A DNA stretch of 64,000 nt, from assembly GCA_023515725.1 (NCBI GenBank), contig JALDTO010000155.1:1-64000 (forward strand), in the 5' to 3' direction. Source of the stretch: Amoeboaphelidium protococcarum X5. Taxonomy: Eukaryota; Fungi; Aphelidiomycota. Positions 55,402 to 64,000 of this stretch are shown in pieces. Numbering within the stretch: position 1 is the first letter of the stretch; each line of letters opens with the position of its first letter. The position numbers and the translations under genes were made by a program. The notes under the pieces were generated by a model that was given only the letters and a program-made list of their open reading frames with translations, was not told the origin of the DNA and made no database searches.

Positions 55402-55731
55402 CAAGTCTTTATTATTGTTGTTGTTATTATTTTGGTATTCTGTGATTGTTATCAAAAATGTACTTGTGCATTAGTTTTTGATCTCTTTCCATAGGTATTT
55501 ATTAATATTATAATCGAAGCATTTTAATACTGAGGTGAAGCTTCTAATTCAAGTACAACGTAGAACTTTATCATTGCGGAACTTTTGATCAGCTCTAACG
55601 CGTCTTGAGCTCTCTTTCAACTCTTACGATCTCTCAGGCTTATAAATTCAAATTTTAACACCGTTCTGAAGATTTAATTGAAGTTCATTTAGACCAAGTG
55701 TTGAATATATTTATTTTTAGTTTAAGCTGAT

Positions 55732-56667
55732 ATGATGAGATTGAGAGTGAAGGATGCCAATGGGAAATAAGTCATTTTGAGTTTGTCTCAGTAGTCCACC
55801 ATGTCGGAGCTGGCGTAGGAACTGTTACAGAATTTTAGTGTTCCCGTTGAAGAGTAAAAGATAAAGATTGCTGTACCTCCGTTCACTTAGATTCAAATAG
55901 AAGGAGATAAGAGTATAGCTGGTGTTATTAAATCTGGAGATTCTTTGATTCTAGAGCGAAAGTCTAATGTTACCAGTAATGCTACTCCGCAGTCATCTGG
56001 CGGTTAGACTTTGAGTGGTGTCAGTAGTAGTAATGGTGGTGGTGTAAGCAAGAGCTCTGACAGTCATAAACTCAGAATTAGGCCAATCGCTGATGATAAC
56101 TCTTGCCTGTTCAATTCTATCGGCTACGTACTATTGAATAAAGATAAGTCGCAGGCGTCATAGTTGAGGTAGTTGATTACCAATACTGTACTTGATCACC
56201 CGCATATCTATAACTCCACCTTTCTCGGCATGGATCCAATGGCTTATATAAGTAGAATTATGGATCCACAGTGCTGGGGTGGTGCTATTGAGTTGTCGAT
56301 ATTTGCAAAGCATTTCCAGACTGAAATAGTGTCTATAGATGTGGAGACTGGTGTTCCATACCGATTTGGTGAAGATTCTGGGTATGAACGGCGCGTCTTT
56401 ATCCTGTACAGCGGTATCCACTATGATGCTATTGCGCAAGGTTGGCCGGGGAATGAGCAGTTGGATGTCACTATATTTCCCGCTCAGGATGATGCATTAC
56501 TAGTTGAGGCTATCAAAGTTGCTGAGGAGGAGCGTAAAGGGAGAAGGTACACCAACACGCGAACGTTCACCTTAAAGTGCGGCAATTGTGGCAAGGCATT
56601 GGTAGGTGAATCTGATGCTCAATCTCACGCCCAACAGACTGGTCACGTTAACTTTGTAGAATACTGA
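55732..56667 (+). CDS. OTU1: Deubiquitinase OTU1/YOD1, 311 aa
   Basis: UBL-like start MMRLRVK, ADDNSCLF, WGGAIELSI, YSGIHYD, C-terminal C2H2 (LKCGNC...HAQQTGH). Confidence 0.95.
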
Positions 56668-56776
56668 ATGGTATTATTATACTTTAACGAGATGTCCTTA
56701 TAAGTCAACGTTTGATTATTTAAAGTCAATTGATAAAATGAATATCAAATAGTTATATAATCTTTCAATACAGAAA

Positions 56777-58489
56777 TCATCTGTCAATCTCACCAAATAC
56801 CACGTCCATAGTACCAATGATGGCGACAACGTCTGCAATCTGATGATATCTGCACATCCAGTCAGCGGCGGATAGGTGAGCAAATCCAGGTGCTCTAATC
56901 TTGCACCTGTACGGCTTACTGCTACCATCACTGATCAGATAGACACCAAATTCACCTTTAGGAGCCTCCACAGCGGTGTAAGTCTCTCCAGCGGGCACAC
57001 TGAATCCCTCAGAGTACAGCTTGAAGTGATGGATCAATCCCTCCATACTCTCCTTCATATAACTTCTAGGCGGTGGTGAGATCTTCATGTCTTCCACCTT
57101 GACTGGACCAGAAGGCATCTTATCCAGACACTGCTTTATGATGCGCAGAGACTAACGCATCTCCTCCACTCTGATCAAATATCTGTCATAACTGTCACCG
57201 TTCTTTCCAACAGGGACATCAAACTCCATATCACCATAAGCATCATATGGCTACACCTTTCTCAGATCCCAAGCAAGACCAGTACTACGAAGCATCGGAC
57301 CACTAAATCCCCAATCCAGGGCCATCTCTGTATTAAACGGCGCGATACCGATCAATCTACTTCGCCAGATGGGGTTAGCAGTGAGCAACTCCTCAACTTC
57401 ATCCACTCTACTGCTAAACTGAGTACACCAAGTGTAGATATCATCCAACAGACCAAGCGGCAAATCCTGAGCCACACCACCAGGACGCACGTATGCTGCA
57501 TGCATTCTAGCTCCACTGACACGCTCATAAAACTCCATCAACTTCTCACGCTCCTCAAACATCCACAGGAACGGAGTGAAAGCACCGATATCAAGAGCAT
57601 GTGTAGTCACAGCCATAATATGATTACCAACACGCGTAATCTCGGCGAACAGAGTTCTAATATACTTGGCTCTATCCGGCACATCAATGTTAAGCAGCTT
57701 CTCCACAGCCAGGCTGAAGCACTGCTCATTAACCATCATACTAACATAGTCGAGACGATCAAAGTACGGCAATGCCTGCAGGTACGTCTTGTACTCGATC
57801 AACTTCTCTGTACCTCTATGCAGTAGACCGACGTGAGGATCAGCTCTAATGACAATCTCACCACTCAGCTCTAGAATCAGACGCAATACACCATGCGCAG
57901 CCGGATGTTAAGGACCAAAATTGAGGATATAATGCTTCAGATTGGACGCTTCTTCAGCCTTGTCTGCCACCTCAGCTTTGACCTGAAGGACATACGGCCA
58001 CAGTTGGATCAATTCTTCAGAATCCAATCGCTGAAAGTAATTATGAGGTTGCATATCCACACCAGACTCTCCTTCAACTGCATCGCTACCAAAAGAACCA
58101 CTAACAGCACGTCCAGCCTCAGGTCCACTCATTTCATCAGGCAAGTGTCTATTGATCAATCCCTTCTGGTCCAGCAGATCAAATAATCTGGTCAACTCGG
58201 CTCTCTTCAAGTTTTGGAATCTAAAGTGAATATTATCCTTGTCCACATTCCAGACATACTTTCGCTCCTTAGACTCTGGAGGCACCACACGATCCTCAGG
58301 AGACTTGATGGCGAACGTTGTCTTGTTAGTGTCCACCTTTGAGAAATCAGACACGATACTTCTATCCTTACCACTGGATACACATCTTTTAACAATTAGG
58401 GGATTACTGCTATTGAAGAATACAGCTGGCCTCACCCACAGTGATTGAGAATATTGTCCAGTTCTAAGTAAACTGCACGACTTTAACAT
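56777..58489 (-). CDS. NDUFS2: Complex I 49-kDa subunit, nuclear-encoded, 570 aa
   Basis: [15 protein letters not shown] (Gln from TAA), [17 protein letters not shown], ending [15 protein letters not shown]. Three track ORFs are in one frame. Confidence 0.97.
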
Positions 58490-58552
58490 GCTCTATCCAC
58501 CCAGTTCCCGTTGATGTTGTTGCTTGTGCTACTGCTGTTTAAATGACGAAAA

Positions 58553-58572
58553 AGAGAGAGAGAGAGAGAGAG
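58553..58572. repeat. (AG)10 microsatellite in the NDUFS2/PPIL2-like divergent promoter
   Basis: Read directly from the sequence. Confidence 0.9.
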
Positions 58573-58785
58573 CAACGGGCGGAAAACCAAAAAATCGACA
58601 AGAAAGATTTAAATCTCACTCTCTATCTCGCTCTCTCCCCTCAGCGCACTGTAGGCTCTGAGAATCTTGTTCATCTAACACCAGAGCACTATTAGTCTCA
58701 AAGATAGAAATTTAGCTGCACAAGGATATCATCGTCCGTCTTTATTATCTGTAGACAAGTGTGCCTAATAGAAATCATCAATAAA

Positions 58786-59292
58786 ATGGGTAAAGGGAAA
58801 GGAGATAAATTGTATATATCGTAGAAGGAATGGAGCAGAGATTTTAAAGGATATCGAGTGAGTGGCGGTAGTGATGGACAACAGTCGCGCGTAGGAAAGC
58901 CAGGCTCGCAGTAATCTCGTCGAATTGTTCACAATGCTCTCGCTCAAAGAGTTTTGAAGGACATGGAGAAATCGACTGATTCTGTTTCACTTCCTCTTTC
59001 AACGAGTGACGCGTCTAAGTAGAATTAATAGTCTGCTCTTGTTTTGCCTAAACCCGCAGTTGGTGATGTAATCGGAGCTTAGTCATCTTGGGTTTCAAAG
59101 CCATCATCTGGTGGAGTTGGCAAGTATTTGAAACTGGATAGTCAAAATATTAATTAATCCAAGTCAAAAGACATTACTGAGAAGAATAATGGGACTCACG
59201 TTCCACGTACTGCAAAAGTCGGTTAATCACATCATCCTAAAGTTGGCACGATGAAGACTTCTCAGAAACTGAGTGATTTTAGCTCATGGTGA
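58786..59292 (+). CDS. Miniature PPIL2/Cyp60-like protein (168 aa) lacking U-box and cyclophilin domains
   Basis: Starts MGKGKGDKLYISQKEW (PPIL2 N-terminal motif), contains GVGKYL and ends LSDFSSW* (PPIL2 C-terminal motifs). The frame is uninterrupted and absent from the ORF track. Confidence 0.75.
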
Positions 59293-59494
59293 TTACATGT
59301 ATAGTCTGTAAAGTGATGTTATATTGTTTCAGAATGTATTTTAGACGTGTTTATTCTAATCTAGAGTTATTCATTTATTGCCAACTTTACACTTAACTTG
59401 CAAGCTTATTTTTCAATGAGGACGTAGCCAGCGTCGGTATAGTTCTTTTTCTCTGCTTACAGAACGAATTGACGTTTTTAGATCAGGTAGAATT

Positions 59495-60412
<918 letters not shown>

Positions 60413-60612
60413 ATATATATAGTTCTCTAAATTTATAATTCTCCAACTGACCAGTTTATCATTTTGATAGAAAGTCCCGTTTGAAGTTTCGCTCTTGACG
60501 CGACCGCGCCGATTTCTCGTCATCTTTCCGCTTTCTTTCAAGCGCTACTGTTATACCGCAGTTGCATCATCTTAGTCGGTGATCCTTAATCGAAAGTAGT
60601 AAGTAAAGTGGA

Positions 60613-61698
60613 ATGACTGTGGAATCTGCAATGGAAGTTGAACAAGAACAGTAATAGAGACAGTTTACGGCGAGGGAGAAAGGTAAATAGCCTGCAGCAG
60701 CTTCACCGCTATCATCCGACTCACTGCCATGGATTGAAAAGTATCGCCCACAATAGCTGAAGGATCTGGTATCTCATCAAGACATCATTTCTACAATTAA
60801 CAAGTTTATAGACGCTGGTCAGTTGCCTCATCTTCTATTGTATGGGCCACCGGGAACTGGTAAAACTTCCACAGTGCTAGCTTGTGCTCGTAAGATGTAT
60901 GGGGAAGACTATCGCAAGATGATCCTGGAGTTGAATGCCAGTGATGACCGTGGTATCGATGTGGTGCGTGAGTAGATTATCACGTTTGCTAGTACTAAGC
61001 AGATCTTTAATCAGGGAGTCAAGTTGATTATTCTGGATGAGGCTGATTCAATGACACAGCCAGCGTAGGCAGCACTGAGACGTGTTATGGAGAAGTATAC
61101 CCGTAATGTGAGATTCTGTATCATTTGCAACTATGTCAGTAAGATCATCCCAGCTATTTAGTCTAGATGCACCAGGTTTAGATTTGCTCCATTGAGACGT
61201 GAGTAGATTCAGGATCGCTTGAAGTTTATTGTTCAGCAGGAGGGCATAGTGATGAAAGATGATGGTATGACTGCTCTGATGCGTCTGGCTAAAGGAGATA
61301 TGAGACGCGCTCTGAACATTATGCAATCGGTCCATGCGGCTTATAATCTGGTCAATGAAGAGAATGTATACTCTTGTGTTGGCGCACCTCTACCTAAAGA
61401 TATTGAGTCTATTGTTCACGCTCTATTAGAGAAGGACTTCGCCGGTGCATATGACTTTATCAGCACTCTGAAGGTGGAAAGGGGACTGGCACTGGCTGAT
61501 TTGGTGACTGAAGTGTTCTAATTCGCCCTTAATATCGATTTTCCGGCCAAGATGAAGACGTACCTGATCAAGGAGTTGGCGGATATTGAATTCAGGTCAA
61601 GCAGTGGTTGCAGTGAGAAATTGCAATTGAGCAGTCTCATTGCCACATTCCAGATTGGCAGAGACATCGCTGCCGGTATACAATCATCATTGTCATGA
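60613..61698 (+). CDS. RFC5: Replication factor C small subunit (human RFC5 / yeast Rfc3), 361 aa
   Basis: [60 protein letters not shown]. Confidence 0.95.
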
Positions 61699-62202
61699 TT
61701 AATCGGTGCATTGTGTTACATGGCTGGGATTTAAAACTTGTTCATATCACTTTATTTCCCGTTTTGACCTTAACGTTGATCATTATCTTTCCATTGCAAT
61801 ACGGTCAGAGTACTTGATCTGCAGCATTTCGATTGCAGCCGCTCTTGAACCTTGTTGGGTTGAAACAATAGAGATTAAAAACTCGAATAACAAAGAAGTT
61901 ATTGGGGAAATAAAAGTGCCATGATGAATGCATGTAATAGTACTACTAGGCACATACCGTGCAGTCGGATGGAGTTTTGACAAAGCATTTGGGTGTAAAT
62001 TACATTGGGAGCTGATGATTGGCTGTATGCAAGCGTTTTCTGATGGCTATAATTAGATCCATCCACAATGGCAATCTAGAAGACACTACGTATTTGGCAG
62101 TTATTTTCTCCCCCGCTCACTCTTCCACTTGGTGACATTTACAATCTTCACATTCTATAGCTTTACATCTCGCACATTCGTACACATCTCCGTTAATATA
62201 TA

Positions 62203-64000
62203 ATGCTCCTGGTGTACTCTGCTCTCTTATTTCTGTCTGCATTATCTGAGATAACAGCCACTCTTTACAACTATCCTATCTGTGACTCTGTGTCCAGCAT
62301 TGATAAGGGACCTGATGGTCAGATATGGCTTGGTTGTATGGATGCTGGTTATTATCAATTGGTTAGATTCTCTCCCACTCAGCGAAAGATTGTTTAATCT
62401 ATCGACTTTGGCCCTGGTAATAGTTATCGCGTAAAAGCGATTAATATTGATCACGACACGGGTGACATCTATGCCGTTGCCGAGACATCTTCTGGGTTTA
62501 ATGGTTAATCAATGGTTGGTGGCATAGATATTGTGTTGATCAGGTATAACTCTGCTGGCACTGTGTAATGGACGCGTATATTCGGCTCTGTCAAGGATGA
62601 TACTGTCAGTGATGTTAAGGCGGACTCTACCAACGGCTTTGTCTACGTTGGTGGAGTAACTAATGGTAAGGTGAACAATCCTTCGTACACCCATTCAACG
62701 CTACATCCTGAATGTTATGTATCAAAGTTTAGATCGTCGGATGGTGGCCATGTTTGGACGCAGTAGGTCCACTATCTAAATGGTTGCATTCTTAATGCAC
62801 TGTTAGTTGATCCCGCAAAGAGCGCAGATATATTTGCAGTGGGTCAAGTGTTTGGGTAGAAGGGCATGATTGTATCTTTCTATGCTTCCAGCGGCTATTA
62901 AAAATATTTCGATCATGTGCATGTGTTTGGTAATTATGCAATGTTCACATCTGCGGTGTTCGACTCTACTGGATCAAAGATTTACGTAGCTGGTGGATTG
63001 GATGGATCTGTGGGTAGTGTTAGTTCATCTGGCGGCAGCGATTGTTGGATTGCTCAGTACTCGAGCTCACATTTGAGTCTCAGCTCGGATGGCTTTGTAT
63101 TTGGATCGTCTGGTGATGATCAGATTGAACATATCGTTATGAATCCACAGACTGGTAGTCTATGGGCGACTGGCTGGATATCTGGCTCTATTGGATCTGG
63201 TACTTACTAAGGACTGAAGGATGGTGTCTTGCTCAACATTAATCCAACCACTCTCGATCTTGTGTCTGCAGAGACATTCAACACTGCTGGATCTAACAAT
63301 GAACAGGGCTTGTCCTTAATATTTGACAGTTATGGCCAGATTAACATTGCTGCAATGTACGGTTCTGCTGGTAAACTGTTGGTACAGGATGCATATGCTT
63401 GGTCTGTAGTACCTTTCCCAACGACTAGTACAACTACTACCACTACGACACCAAGGACTACAACCACCACAACGACCCCAAAGACAACTACTACAACTAC
63501 AACTACAACAACAACAACGACTACTACAACAACAACAACAACGACTACTACTACAACCACCACCACCACTACAACTACAACAACCACTACTCCTAAAACG
63601 ACGATTACTACTACAACCACGACTCCTAAAACTACACCTACGACTACTACCACGTCAACAACTTCGACAACGACTACAACTACCACCAGCACCAGCACAA
63701 CCTCTACTACTAGTACGATGACATCTACTACCACTACAAGTACAACTCCGACTACCACAACGATTACTACTACCTCCACTACCACAACGATTACTACTAC
63801 CTCCACTACCTCAAAAGCACCAACTACTCCATCTACCACTATAGCCACTGCATAAATATCATCATCGTCTAGTACTGCTTCTACTGCCACTACTGCCATA
63901 TCATCTTCTACTGTAACAACATCATCAATAGTATCGCGTACCACCTCGAATGATGGGTAACATGTGACTGGTACGTCTTTATCAAGTGTTGTTTAGTCAA
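62203..64000 (+). CDS. Secreted/surface protein: signal peptide, SBBP-like beta-propeller, Thr-rich mucin stalk (cut by window edge)
   Basis: Signal-like MLLVYSALLFLSALSEITA; repeated blades GDIYAVAET...DIVLIRYNSAGTVQWTRIFGS..DD, GFVYVGGVT, KIYVAG, GSLWATG; poly-Thr region. Track ORFs 62203, 62917 and 63229 are in one frame. Confidence 0.8.
63421..63850 (+). repeat. ACN-codon poly-threonine coding repeat
   Basis: About 140 codons, mostly ACN, punctuated by PK/PR and Ser. Confidence 0.9.

Noticed and set aside
63330-63944. 204-aa poly-Val minus-strand ORF
   Set aside because: Reverse complement of the poly-Thr repeat.

Overview
Gene-dense, intron-poor eukaryotic nuclear DNA that does not use the standard genetic code. 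TAA and TAG sit in frame at invariant Gln positions of conserved proteins, and every gene I could follow to its end stops at TGA (TAR=Gln, translation table 6). The supplied ORF track therefore shows only fragments. Retranslated by hand, the window holds about 28 genes, two cut by the window edges: TSR1, midasin, a HAM1/DUF4449-like protein, a CH-DH-PH RhoGEF, CHZ1, a VosA-type velvet factor, a C2H2 factor, TFC1, MAP1, URA5, RAD2/XPG, ETHE1, ferredoxin, an APC permease, HVA1, PFA4, a J-protein, RAI1/DXO, gamma-tubulin, OTU1, NDUFS2, a miniature PPIL2-like protein, COQ5, RFC5, a secreted propeller/mucin protein and three orphans. I found only four short introns. Fungal-type genes combined with TAR=Gln point to the aphelid Amoeboaphelidium protococcarum or a relative; this is an inference, and the code itself is already known there. 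Less expected observations: a 168-aa PPIL2 lacking both U-box and cyclophilin domains, TAR codons at or just before gene ends (possible fossil stops), a decayed Helitron helicase between two developmental regulators, a DHDC palmitoyltransferase, uniform TGTAG acceptors and over-represented ACGCGTCT. All family assignments come from motif recognition; no database search was run.
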